DNA of 64,000 nt from Nemertoderma westbladi (taxonomy: Eukaryota; Animalia; Xenacoelomorpha): the NCBI GenBank assembly GCA_032718475.1, contig JAUCBJ010008828.1, positions 1-64,000 of the forward strand. The letters are read 5' to 3'. Positions 37,001 to 48,061 of the stretch are shown here, one piece after another. The notes below the pieces were generated by a model. It had not been told where the DNA came from. It saw nothing but the letters and a program-made list of their open reading frames with translations, and did not search any database. A program made the translations under genes and the position numbers. How positions within the stretch are numbered: position 1 is the stretch's first letter; the number at the start of each line of letters is the position of its first letter.

Positions 37001-40000
37001 CGTCGACTACCATCCTTAGTTTACCTTTCTTTGGATCTAAAGCCACGTGCAGTGGCAGGTAATATGTTCTATCCGTGTTCGGCTCGTCGACCGGTAACTC
37101 CACGGCCCATCCTTTCTCGACGTACTTCTTAATCGTCCTGTGGATGTACTCATTCTTCTCGGGGCTCCGTTTTAGTGTTTGTTTCAGCTTGCGGAGTCTC
37201 GTGAACTGTCTGAGCAGTCTTTTAAGCTGCTCCTCTGCTCCCTCATCACCCATTTCCTGCATTGTTCCCGCGAACATGCATCCTGATGTCTCCGACATCC
37301 TAAATGGTATCTTACTCTTGATTGGACCACTCAGCGTCCACCCGAATGGTGTTAATATGGCCACCGGGTCACTCTGCTTGTCTTCGCCGAAGACCGTTTG
37401 CATTCTTTCGTGGGCTGTTGGGCAGTCCATACCTACTATGATGGATACCTTCCTAACGTCCACGTCTGGGATTGAGAAGTCAATGTTGTCCAGGAATTTG
37501 TACTGCTCAACCTCGATGTTGGTTGGTCGCCTGGCATTGATATTAATTGACTCTATCACTTGAATGGGGTCGATTGTTGCCCCATAGTCGCATCCTGGTG
37601 CCACTGCTGCAATTGCGCACCATCCTGTTCTCATCTCCAGGATCTCATCTTTGCTAGAGATGGTTGTTACCGCCATCCTGCTTGGCCTCGTTCTCAATCC
37701 TATCTCCTCGGCCACCCATTCCTCGACTAATGTGAAGGCAGCTCCACTATCAACCAGCATTAGTGTTGTTACTGATCGATTGCCTTCCCCGATCACTCGT
37801 ACTGGTACTACTCCAAGTAGCACCGTTCCTCTCTTCTTCGCCCCTACTGTGCTCGTCGCCATCGTTTGGCCTCTCCTTTGACCAAATTTCATTGGCTTCT
37901 CTTTGCACTCCCTTGCTCTATGTCCACTCATTACACATCGCGAGCAGATTTTATTGCTGAACGCATAATCTATCTGATCTTGCCTAGGTAGCGCCTGCCA
38001 GTACCTGCAGTTCATAGTTTGATGAAGCGCATTTGCGTGTAGCTGACATTTGCTCTTTGGGTCGTAGCCCTCTTTATACAGTGCATTGCGTATCGCAGTT
38101 GCGTTCGTACCAAAGTCCCTACTATTCTTATTGTTTGGGTTTTGCCTATTGGACGTACTGGGGTTATGTTTATTCGTGTTATTATTATTTCCCTGTCCAT
38201 TCCATGATGTTGTCTTATCCTCGGCTAGCTGTGGACTTGCAGTCCCCTGCGTCGCTGCATACGGCAATGATTGCCTAAGTCTCGGTAATGCGTTCGATGT
38301 GTTGTGCTCTGGTTTCGGTCTATGGTAGTCTGTCTTCGGTCCCTTTCCCAGGCTGTCTTCGCTATAGACTGGGTCAGTTATTAGTTCAGCCTCGTAGTTT
38401 AAGAAGTTTGACATTTCTTCTAAACCCGGTTCCGCACCCTTCTTATCTCGAGTAGAGAAGGCGATTTTTCTCCACTTGTTGCGCAGCCAGTTTGGTAGTG
38501 CCTGCGCTATCGTGGTGATGTTGTTGGACGCATTGAGCTCGTACGGCGCGTCTAGCGTCTTCAGCACGATTAGCGCCTTTTCGACTTTGTTAGCGAACGT
38601 CTTAATGCTAACGGGATTATCCTGCAGGCCACCCGATGTTATGCCCCTCAGCGTCTGCCTGATGATCTTGGCCGGGTGCCCGTATTCCCTATCCAGTGCC
38701 CGCCATGCTGTCGTGAAGCCGCCCTCTATTCCTTGATATTGCCTCACGATGTCGTATGCTGGGCCTCCCGTGTACACTTGTAGATACTTTAGGCACTCCG
38801 CCTGCGTCAAGTTTTTTGTTAGTATTTCGTTACTATACATGCGCCGAAACTGTAGATATTCTTCCGGCCTACTCCCATCGAATTTGAATGGTTCCACTGG
38901 TGGTAGCTCGATCCTCGTTTTCAACGCATCGATCAACGTGGCCATCCCCATTGCCTGCGCTTCCAATGGATTCGACGGGTGCTGTATAGTTTCCCCTGTC
39001 TGGTGCGGTTCATCCGTCCTATTTCTCGATCTTCTCTGACTTGGGTATGTCATCGGGGGTAGCGGCCCCCTCCATATCTCCGTGTCACACGACTTATTCT
39101 CATCCAAGGGTCTCGTTGTTCTTGCTCCTATCAGGGTAGATTGTTGATATTGTGATGGGGGAATGTCACCCTGCCCCCCCCCCACCGGTATGTTTGGTAC
39201 TGGGGTTGATGTTAATATGTTGGGGCCCATGCACCTATCCGCAATAATTCCCCCCTCCCCTGGGTATATGTTATGTCCCTGCATGCTGTAGTCATACTGC
39301 TGTGCTGGTACCGGTATAGGCCTATCAGCTTCTGGCCTACCCGCCGGTATGTATTCCGCGACTTCCGGGTTTAATCCCGTTGTCCACGCTATCCTATCGC
39401 CTACATTGCCCCTCTCAGTATGGCCTATGGTATGTGCAGTAAGGCCTACAGTATGTCCTACAGTCTGCATGTGTTGTTCGGGATCGAAGTTTATTCTTCT
39501 CGAATAATCCTCCCCGCGGCTACCGTATTCTCGATCGGTAGGTATATCCCGTCGGAAAGTTTCTCTTCGACCCCCCTCTCTACTGTTCTCATCTTCGTAC
39601 CGGTACATCGCGTACCCCTCTCTCGGCGCGTAGTGCGCCTCGCCGGGTCGCATCCCTCCGGGGCGACGGCAATCTCCCGGAGTCCGACCCCACTGACTCT
39701 CCGTTCTCATCTCGACTATCGACGGCTCGCTATCCGTCCTCGCTCTTCTATCGTTCGCGGCGATACTTCTACTACTGTCTTCCTTTCTTCTCCTATCAGT
39801 GGAATATTCCCGCTCGTGAGATCTCTCGTCGACCTCCCGGTTAAACCCCACTGTTCTTCTTCCTTCCTCTGATCGGGCTCGACGCTTCATCCGCCCTCTC
39901 GCGACGTCAACCCGGCTCTCTCTGCTCGGTTGCACGCCGCTGGGGATATCCGCAATCCCCCTATTACTTTCCGTCGCCGGTTGTTGCGGTTTACCTATTT

Positions 40001-40793
40001 CGGCCCTCGCATTATCCACTGACGGCTGTGGGACACTCTCTGCACCCCCCCTTTCGCCGCTAACTTGCTGTTGTGGGGTTCTCGTAGCCCCCCCCCAATC
40101 GCCACATCTAACTTCGCTACTCCTCACCTCGCTACTATATCCCTCTCCAGTCGACACATCAACCCTACCGCGGTCGGGTCTATTCACCCCCGCTTCTCCT
40201 CCTGCTATTGCGTGGCCTTCCAGGCCCTCTACTCCCTGTCTACCAACTACGTGGCCTACCAGGCCCTCTGCTCCCTGCCTACCAACTACGTGGCCTACCA
40301 GGCCCTCTGCTCCCTGCCTACCAACTACGTGGCCTACCAGGCCCTCATCTGCCTGGCCATATACGCCCGACGCGTTTACATTAATAGCACCCGTATTGGA
40401 AACAGAATTAATTTGTCCGTTTGAAATAAAATCACTTGGATTATCTTGCGCGACTACACTATCTGAATTATTTTGTAAATTCGGGCTCGCTGAATTATTT
40501 AAGTTATTTAGATTATTTTGTGTTATTGCATTACTTAAATTATTTTCTAAGTTCGAATTTCGGTTATTACTTTGATTAATTGGATTATTTTGCGTAGCTA
40601 CATTAACATTAGAATTATTTTCTACACTAATATTAGGAATGTTCTTATTTAAATTTAAATTACTACCACTAGGTAAAGTATTGCCTGCAATAAAGGTTTG
40701 ATTAGAATTGTCCCATACGGTACTATTAATATTAACCACGTCTACTGTACCATTATCATTATTACCCCCCCCCCCCCGCCCGTACGGTCGCAC
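34005..40793 (-). CDS. BEL/Pao Gag-Pol polyprotein (gag, aspartic protease, RT, RNase H, integrase)
   Basis: PFKFDGS...LKYLQVYTGGPA (BEL gag), CSRCVMSGHRAREC, LVDSGA, YYLPLH/VVDAS/DIEGMFNQV/FYVDD, FSDASLEAYG/PKLEL/WTDS/NPADLLSRG, H..ILH...CQTC, GVDMFGP, SDNGTNF, ERLV, W.LARV. Confidence 0.95.
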   Translation of the reverse strand: MRPYGRGGGGNNDNGTVDVVNINSTVWDNSNQTFIAGNTLPSGSNLNLNKNIPNISVENNSNVNVATQNNPINQSNNRNSNLENNLSNAITQNNLNNLNNSASPNLQNNSDSVVAQDNPSDFISNGQINSVSNTGAINVNASGVYGQADEGLVGHVVGRQGAEGLVGHVVGRQGAEGLVGHVVGRQGVEGLEGHAIAGGEAGVNRPDRGRVDVSTGEGYSSEVRSSEVRCGDWGGATRTPQQQVSGERGGAESVPQPSVDNARAEIGKPQQPATESNRGIADIPSGVQPSRESRVDVARGRMKRRARSEEGRRTVGFNREVDERSHEREYSTDRRRKEDSSRSIAANDRRARTDSEPSIVEMRTESQWGRTPGDCRRPGGMRPGEAHYAPREGYAMYRYEDENSREGGRRETFRRDIPTDREYGSRGEDYSRRINFDPEQHMQTVGHTVGLTAHTIGHTERGNVGDRIAWTTGLNPEVAEYIPAGRPEADRPIPVPAQQYDYSMQGHNIYPGEGGIIADRCMGPNILTSTPVPNIPVGGGQGDIPPSQYQQSTLIGARTTRPLDENKSCDTEIWRGPLPPMTYPSQRRSRNRTDEPHQTGETIQHPSNPLEAQAMGMATLIDALKTRIELPPVEPFKFDGSRPEEYLQFRRMYSNEILTKNLTQAECLKYLQVYTGGPAYDIVRQYQGIEGGFTTAWRALDREYGHPAKIIRQTLRGITSGGLQDNPVSIKTFANKVEKALIVLKTLDAPYELNASNNITTIAQALPNWLRNKWRKIAFSTRDKKGAEPGLEEMSNFLNYEAELITDPVYSEDSLGKGPKTDYHRPKPEHNTSNALPRLRQSLPYAATQGTASPQLAEDKTTSWNGQGNNNNTNKHNPSTSNRQNPNNKNSRDFGTNATAIRNALYKEGYDPKSKCQLHANALHQTMNCRYWQALPRQDQIDYAFSNKICSRCVMSGHRARECKEKPMKFGQRRGQTMATSTVGAKKRGTVLLGVVPVRVIGEGNRSVTTLMLVDSGAAFTLVEEWVAEEIGLRTRPSRMAVTTISSKDEILEMRTGWCAIAAVAPGCDYGATIDPIQVIESININARRPTNIEVEQYKFLDNIDFSIPDVDVRKVSIIVGMDCPTAHERMQTVFGEDKQSDPVAILTPFGWTLSGPIKSKIPFRMSETSGCMFAGTMQEMGDEGAEEQLKRLLRQFTRLRKLKQTLKRSPEKNEYIHRTIKKYVEKGWAVELPVDEPNTDRTYYLPLHVALDPKKGKLRMVVDASAKTDGKCLNDYLLEGPNIYNSGIEVLLRFRNGKHAFTCDIEGMFNQVRVTEEDSDSQRFLWYNGEEEPPIIPAYKMIVQNMGAKSSSFTTTMAVRDTVKGKEDRYSGRAVDMIRRGFYVDDGMESGNTVKEILDTGREVRDILKGSGFNLTKFQSSSEEFIKAIEDRKPESTMDNPTTAKGQDMAIKRTESQQKALGIVWDRKTDELKYQLSQEGADIHTKRGYVSYIARIYDPLGLASPLLVTGKEILKRVYKLKDEWDVEVPEEIKRQWSKWTGNLEKMGTYNMPRVYFPDGNMTNLDLHMFSDASLEAYGAALYLVQREGAHRPRLAFSKAKSTPPDSASVPKLELTAARLGVRATAYLVDTIPNIVETHYWTDSMVVLGWLHNEKTRYPIFVANRVDEIRASTELERWHYCPTDENPADLLSRGVERHTFLKKEVLWQHGPQFLSDREAWPPMRKVDPGSEVVSEGEEGDSEGEEIYSQMVREIRDVQPGRELCDNPTDKLLSYSSSWYKTKKLVAYWRAFGNFLAGVGKDKKIRTTIDLEGAAKAVIRYEQRKNYGDEVERVGNQQHIRRDSELITLSPQLNDDGILVMNSRVGYNNSIVVPPKPIIIPTGSPIVHQIIWDSHKSILHGGTNRTLTEIRRTYWVKQLRKKVKAVVGQCQTCRRAKKERAVQEMAPLPASRVRQHDPPFTHCGVDMFGPIKIKVMRHTEKRYGIIFVCNNTRAVGIELAQDATASAFINALERFRDRKGGTIAVIYSDNGTNFVGAESEMAEALDILEGEEVRAAMRRRQVKWERRTPYAPHTLGCVERLVGSSKRLMTKLMNTHMVTEDVLRTVLAKCEGIINSRPLYPENDDPESLDVLTPSHFLMERPATIDMRGVDPDDIHSRQSWKVAKAISAEYWRRWVEEYLPTLHKRSKWRKPNRELREGDLVIVTDDTIINNQWQLARVVGTYSDEDGRVRSVEVRIGGKIGAKDRKTYRRAVGKCCLLEGAP

Positions 40794-42375
40794 CAGTTTT
40801 GAGTCTGTCGTGCGGTCCCTGTCAGTGGGGTATCAATAAATGTATCTACGGCCCCCGGCTCCCCAAAAATACTCGAGCCGGCCCCGCTTTCAGACGGCGA
40901 CGCTCGCACCAGTTGCAGCTCGTGCGCCCGTCTAATCTTATCTTCCGCAAGCACACTCTGGCGTCTCTTTAATTCCTTGTGCTCTCGTTCAGCCTCTGCC
41001 ATTCTCCTCTCACACTCCTGGGTGTCCCGGGCGGCCGACTCCGCTACACTCCTAATGCTCTCCCTTCGTCTCACCTCGCGCTCCTTGCGTTCCTTTTCCC
41101 TTCTCGCCTCATGTTCCTTGCGTTCCTTTTCCCTTCTCGCCTCATGTTCCTTGCGTTCCTTTTCCCTTCTCGCCTCATGTTCCTTGCGTTCCTTTTCCCT
41201 CCTCGCCTCATGTTCCTTGTGTTCCGCCTCACGCTCTTTGCGTTCCCTATCCTCCCTCGCCTCACGCTCCCTACACTCCTTTTCCTCTATTTCCTCACAC
41301 TCCCTAAGGCTTCTCAAAGCCCTTTCGGCCCTCTCTCCGGTTTCTCTAATCAATGCCGCTTCCCTCGCTAACCGCACTCTCCCCTCCTCTAACCGTTCCT
41401 CCATTTCCCTCTGACCTTGTTCTACCATGTTGAGACGGTATGCGGCACCTATCTCTCTCACCACTCTTTCTTTCGCGGAGGATGTAGCAGACTTATCGGT
41501 TACGACGGACCCCCTCCGCCTTCCCGACCTACTAACTTTCCCCCGCCTCCCGGAACTTTCTCCGACCGACGAGCTGAATCCTCGGGGTTAACCTCGGATT
41601 CGCCCCCCTCGGGTCCCCTCCAACCCACTAATTTTACTCCCCGGGCATCGACCAAGTATGGCCCTATGTACACTGGCGCTACGCTAGGTTCCATACTCCC
41701 ACACTCCCATAGTTCAAACAGTTCGCCGGCAACCCCTTTTGCTCTCTCCTCGGCTAGTTCTCTCTGCCCAAAACGTATTAGGTAATTAAAGTGTCTATCC
41801 GACTCACCTAGTCGCTTTCTCAGTCTCACCTCGTCTACCTTCGCCCCTTCCTTCTTGGCGTCCTTCATTAGCTTCCGGGTCGCGTTGTAGGCCCGTCGAA
41901 GTCGCTCTGAAACCCCGACGTCCTCGTCGCCGACCTCTCCTCCGTCCCTCCGGGTTCGACGTCGTACCGGCGGCTCCACCGTCGCCGTTCCGGTGGGCCG
42001 TCCGTCGCCCTCGGCCTGTAGCTGGCCGGCGACATCGGTACCGATGTCTCCTCCGTCTCTCTGCGTCCGGGGCCGCACCGTCGGCCCCACCGTCGCCGTT
42101 TCGGCGGGCCGCTCGTCGCCCTCGGCCTGTGGCTGGCCGGCGACACCGGTGCGTCGACCCCCGTCCCGTGTCGACTCGTCTCCGTCTCCCTCCGTCCCGC
42201 TCTCTCTTTCTCTCGGTTCGACCTCGGGTTCCAGGCCCCCCTCGTCCTGAACTGCCGGATGACCCGTTACCGATGGGTCCGGCGTTGTGGGCCTGTATCG
42301 CCTGGTTGCGGCCTCGCGGATCGTTAGGTCTTCGTCCGGGGTCCGCGTCGGTGTCGTGTCACCTGACTGACTCAT
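40742..42375 (-). CDS. N-terminal gag extension of BEL element 1 in two fragments (42375-41500, 41464-40742), each offset -1 from the next
   Basis: ATG at 42375, 66 nt after the LTR. Charged/coiled-coil sequence with KERKEHEARRE repeats. The second break lies over a 13-nt G run (40765-40777). Confidence 0.65.
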
Positions 42376-42441
42376 CCTCTTCTGCAGATTTCGGTGGCTA
42401 GTGGTTGAGTTTTATCTGGGGCGGCAGCTGGTTTTAGTTAC

Positions 42442-42971
42442 TGTGACGGGATCCAGGAGGGATCCCGATTTATCCGGTATTTTAGTTTACGCGTCCCCGC
42501 CGTGTATAAAGAGTAAACGAAACAGTGAATGAGTTCTGATGTTCGGTGTATAATAACTGATGGGTATAAGATATAGATATAGATATGTGGAAGGCGGGAT
42601 ACGGTAACTAAAAGTCCCGTGCTCCCCTATCTAAACTAACTAACCTATGCTAGCACTACTGCACTTGAGATAACTGAATTACTGATTAATAGGTTACTGA
42701 TTATATTGCACGGTTGGCCTAATTACTACCTAATCGATGCCTTGCCCCCCTCTGATTGGTTGATACCCTTGTTGGCGCCCCGTGGAGTGTTCCCGTTCAC
42801 TCCACCTGTACTCTCTGGGTTAGGGGTTTGGCCCCTGACCCTTTATTGTGTGCTTCCTTCCCACTCTTATTGGGATGGCACGAGTTGGTTAATTGCCCAA
42901 TCTCGTGGCTCCCAATATTGCTTATCGGCTTATAACTTTATGGGGTGTTAGCGGGATTGAATAAGCTAACA
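42442..42971 (-). repeat. 5' LTR of BEL/Pao element 1
   Basis: Sense TGTTAGC...CCGTCACA, followed by GTAACTAAAA rather than a TGG-type PBS. Confidence 0.97.
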
Positions 42972-45756
42972 CATATTATCTTATGTCAGGGCCCCAACCG
43001 CAGGTTATCGTGTTCGGAGAACCCGATTCTGTGCTCGGCCACGGAACTAGTCTTGCGCACGCCTTTATCTATCATCAGCCTTCGACAGGGTTAACTTCTC
43101 AAGATTAAACAGTATCCTATGGAATCAAACCTAAAGGTTGTAGGGTACCCCAACAATTAAAAAAAAGATTCTTATGACATACTTCCTATCAGGCTCGTTA
43201 TACCTCTGTGTAAGAAAAATACAGCAGGAAAACCGTATTCCTATAGAACTTGGATTATGACAGGGAAGTTGGCTATCACTGTTCTTCAGTAACGTCTATA
43301 TCGCATAACTATTCGATTACAAAGTTAACAGTAATTATTGAGTTCATGTGGGAAGCCTTTTATTCGGTATAATTAGTTATGGGGATGATATCATATTGTA
43401 ATCGCTAATCTCAAGACAGACGACAGCTCAGTCAGTCAGCAAGAAAGTCAATAGCTACTATGTGTTATACTTACTTAATAACTTAATCTTATAAAACAAA
43501 AGGACTCACTATCTTCTCATAAATAAAAAAGGGCGCAGTGCAACTGATATAATGTCTATGGGTTCCAGGGCATAAAATCACCCATAGATTTATTTTGGAA
43601 ATGTTTGTCCAGGTCGCGAGCGAGGCAGGTGTGGTAGAAGTAGATAGGTACATTTATACAACTGTCTTCAAACGAAATTGCTTTGAGATATTCCAGTCAA
43701 CTGACGAAGACAAATCCAACGATTATATATACAAGAATATTTGAACAATCACAATTATTGACAACCCACAAATTATTGAACAACCAGGAGCCATAAACAA
43801 GAACCAGGTTAAGAAAGATAGAAAATCTTAAAGTGGCCGACTACATCAGCCATGAGAAGTACGTGCAAGGTAAAATTGAAGCATCACAAACTGCTCACAT
43901 AAAGCAACAGTCAATACTCTTGCCTTACAAAATTAGCTATCTGGAAGGGAATATTGTGCTAAGGGGCGCCTAATAGCTGATAGTCCTGAAGAACATGTTT
44001 GGAATTGGACATATAGAACCAAGAAGTCCACCAGAATTAAAGTGATTTATACATAAACTAAACTACGAGATGATAGTGTCGTATAAATTTAATTAAAGTT
44101 CTTCCTTTATATTACTCTATCTACCTTATCATATTCGCTGTACTGCATAATTTTATTAATTTAGAGTAGAGGGATATGAGAGAATGTTGGACGTTATAAT
44201 TCCATCATAGTTGTTGTAGCTATTGATTCGGTCTTCAAGAAATCCCGTGTATATTGGTATCTGACTACAGTGTTCTATAGAAGCTGTAGATAAACTCAGC
44301 ATGATACGAATAACATATAGATAGCACGCTATGAACGACCAAATGTGTTGGATTAAATATATAATTATGTAAAAATAACATTTCGTACCATTCATTTATT
44401 TTTGAAACTGAGTGAGAGTGCATAATGTAGTTATCCCTAGGTCTAGCGAAGATGTTTTTGAGAAACAAAAATATGAAGATATTTTCGTAACAAAAACTGT
44501 AAATATTGTTTCAATATTCTGAATCCGGTGTAAAATTTGATTAGACGGACTACTGAAGCCACAATTGTCGCTTCATTTACTCATTGAGAACTTTAAACCT
44601 CAGAATTACACCTCAGAAGTATTTATTTTGAGTAAAATACCGGTTAAATTTCTTTAGAAATTGTCGTTTCATTATTGATTATAAATTTAGGATATTATAT
44701 ATAAATTATATATATTTTTTAAGAGAATCAGCACCCCATAGCGGGGTAAATATATTCTTATTGTTACTGCACAAAACTGAATTGATAAGGATATTGGAAA
44801 CAGCAGTAACACAGTAATAATACCATATATGTACGGTGCATTATAAAGTTAATAAAATAATTTAGAGTAAAAGGCCATGCAATAAAGTTATTAAAGATTA
44901 TTATTTATAAATATATTAAATAACAACAAAAGAAGATTATTGTTTGTTTTATTGCATGCTCATGCAGCTAGAATTATATTTAATTTTAAATTAAATGCGG
45001 GGGGGGGGGGGGGTGGCGGGGGGTGTACACAATTTTTGGACAACTCTTCGATTTATCACTCCCAGCGTTTCAAATATTTTTGGTTTTGGCTATAATTTGG
45101 AATAAAGTTACCTAAGATGCTATTCTACATTGATAGCTCAGAAAAATTTTATTTTTGGCTATTTAATATTATTTAAAGCTACAGTTAACAATGAAAAAAC
45201 GTGGTTGATAAGATGAGTTTTTTTATAAATAGTATTAAATGTTATTAACTAAAAATTTCAAAAGGTTGTCTATACTTTTATGCAGGGTTGCTATGTAGAC
45301 AGACATTTGTAGAAGTAGTAGGGTTATGAAGTTGACAATTTCCCAAAAAAATATTTGGCGATAATAGATCGTTCATTATGCATAGTAATAGTAATTTCAA
45401 TAGGTCTCCCTAAATGTAAATTGTTATAATTTGAAAAAGTAAAAGAGCTATTAAATACCCCCCCCCCCCCCCCCCCCCCCCACCCCCCTTAATTAGTTAT
45501 AACTTAGTATGGAATGGTGATATAGAATTACAATGAATTGCAGAAGTTACCAGAATTACAGAAGCCACCTGGACTAACAAATATATATAATAACATCATT
45601 GTAAAAAATAATATTGTTTAATTTAATTCTTCAACATTTTAACTGGTAAATTTGTATCAAATAATAACATCGATCTACACAACCTCGCTACTAACTAACT
45701 ACTAACTACTAACATCGATTTAATCAACTTCCATGGATAATGAGTGATTCATTAAA

Positions 45757-46463
45757 ATGATAATCATTATTGTTCTGCTTGTTACATTCCACACGGTAGC
45801 CACTCAGCTGAGTAACAACACAACCTCGCAGAAGACCACCACTGGTACACAACTCAGAATACCGGTCACACATGCCCCGAAGGTAGAAATTGGACACTGT
45901 CCTCAAAAAACATCGAGTTGCAAGAGATTTATGAAGCCAGGCTGCATAAGTTTATGAAAGCCAACGATTTAATTAAACCGGTTATCGACTGGTATGGCTG
46001 CCACACTTGTTCACTCATATCTGTGGTATTCAGTGCGTGGTCCGCTGAATACAAGGCTGATATTACATTCGAAGTAGAAGATTCATGGTGCTACTATGAA
46101 GAATATAAAGGCAACTGTCTACCTATGCCTGAAACAGGTTGTCTCTATTTTGCGAACGTGGTACTTCCAGAACATAAACCTGACCCAGACGACCCAAATG
46201 CTGTGAATCTCTTTGGGTTGATATCATATTACAACTACCTCCAGCTGGCACTCACTGTAACACACGAGACTTGCCAGTCTCAGTGCTGCAACGATGCGGC
46301 TTGCCCAGCTCCCGTATGGACTCACGAGAAAACCTCTACATCAGAAACCACTACCGAATACGTGCCGTTCACCTGGGGAAACGGATCGGCTAATGTCAAC
46401 CAAATGGTGACGTCTCATCTGGCTTGGGTCATCATTGTTGCCATAGTTCTCAGAGCGTTCTAG
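45757..46463 (+). CDS. Secreted, probably GPI-anchored Ly6/uPAR (quiver-like) cysteine-rich protein, copy 1; split over two frames (-1)
   Basis: Signal-like MIIIIVLLVTFHTVATQ, CHTC start, CQSQCCN end motif, Thr-rich stalk, GNGS plus hydrophobic tail, AATAAA at ~46494. Confidence 0.7.
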
Positions 46464-46691
46464 AATATAGGCCTAACTGAAGCTAAAACTTCAATAAATA
46501 AACAATCCATTTGGATCCACATATTCTAGGAACAAAAACCGTCTAGAAATCACTTCTAGAAATATTTATCGGAAATTCTTTATGGTGATTGATTCCAATT
46601 TCAAAGGTTGTGGGTTCGATTTATTATCCGGCAAAATTATGTTTATTATATATCTTCAATAATTATTTCAGGGGGGGGGGGGGGGGGGGGG

Positions 46692-48061
46692 GGTAGCACC
46701 CCCAAACAGAACCTCACATTTTGTTATCTCTGAACCCTAAAATTGGATGAAAATTATTTTTTGTGATACTAAACATCGTCTGGGGTGAAGTTTATGAATA
46801 GCCAAAGGAAATATTTTTAATCTGGCCTCAAAATGGCACTGCAATTGTGCCAAAAGTGCCTTTTGCGCCAAACACAATTTCAGAATATAAGTTCAGAAGA
46901 ATCCTGCAACCAATTCTTATATTTTTGGCCCTTTGATCTAAAGAGGCTCCGGAGCGTTTGAGGCAAAATTTCTTCAGAATTTATTGTCAAAGGTATTCTG
47001 AATAAGTGTACCAAATTTCAACTCATTTATAGTTTTAGGAACAATTTTCACATTTTTATTTAGTCAACAATAACGAAATTTTTCATCATTGCTAAAAATA
47101 TATCTAATAAAACAACTTTGTAGTATTTTTAGTCATATACAGTATGTACCGTGAGAGCCTTTTTGATGAAAAGGACCTTATTCAATTGTAATAACTATTT
47201 ACATCATTGTGTGTAAAGTAGCACTTTGCAGCGTTATGACCCGAGTTAATTTATGTACCGAGCGAGCGCAGCGCGGGAGGTTTACATAAATAACCAAGGG
47301 TCTTTAACGCTGAAAAGTGACCTTTGCAAGCAATTATGTATGTAATTTTGTTACATTATGTCAACTTATCACCGTTCGGTATTTGAAGAAAAGATTTTAA
47401 GGATACTCATTTATACATTTTAATCATGTACTATATCGAATATAAGTTAAATTTATTAACAGGTGCACTGGTACACAGTATTAATTATACATTTAAATCT
47501 AATTAAAGTTTATTGGAAGTTATCTCCTGCATGGATGTGATAAATCATTAATCCATCTTGACTATAGTCGACTGTAGCAAACTTAGTCACCGTCTTGTGT
47601 CCGTTCAGTTTTACTGAACACTGTCGTCACTTTCTTTCCTATTTTACTGTCTTCTATTGGACGTTTCGGCATAATGGAAAACAATATACTTTAAACAATT
47701 ATTTTTACATACAGTAGCTAGTCCTGTAGTCCCTTCACTGCCAACTGGATAATAAAGCAGCACTCATTAACATAAATGGAAATAAAAAATTCTGGAAAAC
47801 GGTAATGTTGTTTCCATGTCATTGATTACTTTGCAGCGTTACGAGAAATTCACCAGAACGCTGTAAAGTTGACATAAATGTAACAAAATATCGTGCTGCT
47901 AGAAGGCTTTTCAAAAATCAGACTAGCTCTTACGTTTTGGGTAATAACTTGAGTTTGAGAAACGATATGAGAAAACTGCTTGAGATTTGAAATCTCCATT
48001 AAATTCTGCACATAATAGGATTCAAAAATGTCGAAAATTATCGAATTAGGGGGGTGCTACC
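46692..48061. mobile_element. Non-autonomous DNA transposon with GGTAGCACCCCC...GGGGGTGCTACC ends and a nested MITE-like insert (~47200-47885); duplicated at ~55285-56590
   Basis: 12-bp terminal inverted match, no ORF, internal inverted CTTTGCAGCGTT/AACGCTG blocks. Confidence 0.55.

Larger units (their letters stand above)
29027..42971 (-). mobile_element. Full-length BEL/Pao LTR retrotransposon (13.9 kb) with an extra 3' ORF
   Basis: Two ~530-bp TG...CA LTRs (I count about 5 differences), 5-bp TSD CATAT (29022-29026, 42972-42976), PPT at 29556-29564, and gag-PR-RT-RH-IN order with BEL-type motifs. Confidence 0.97.

Noticed and set aside
34132-42401. Many plus-strand ORFs within the BEL element
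   Set aside because: Antisense shadows of long GC-rich coding frames with no recognisable motifs.
45905-45911. A_AAA_AAC programmed -1 frameshift site
   Set aside because: The heptamer is out of register with the upstream frame (codons CAA AAA ACA).
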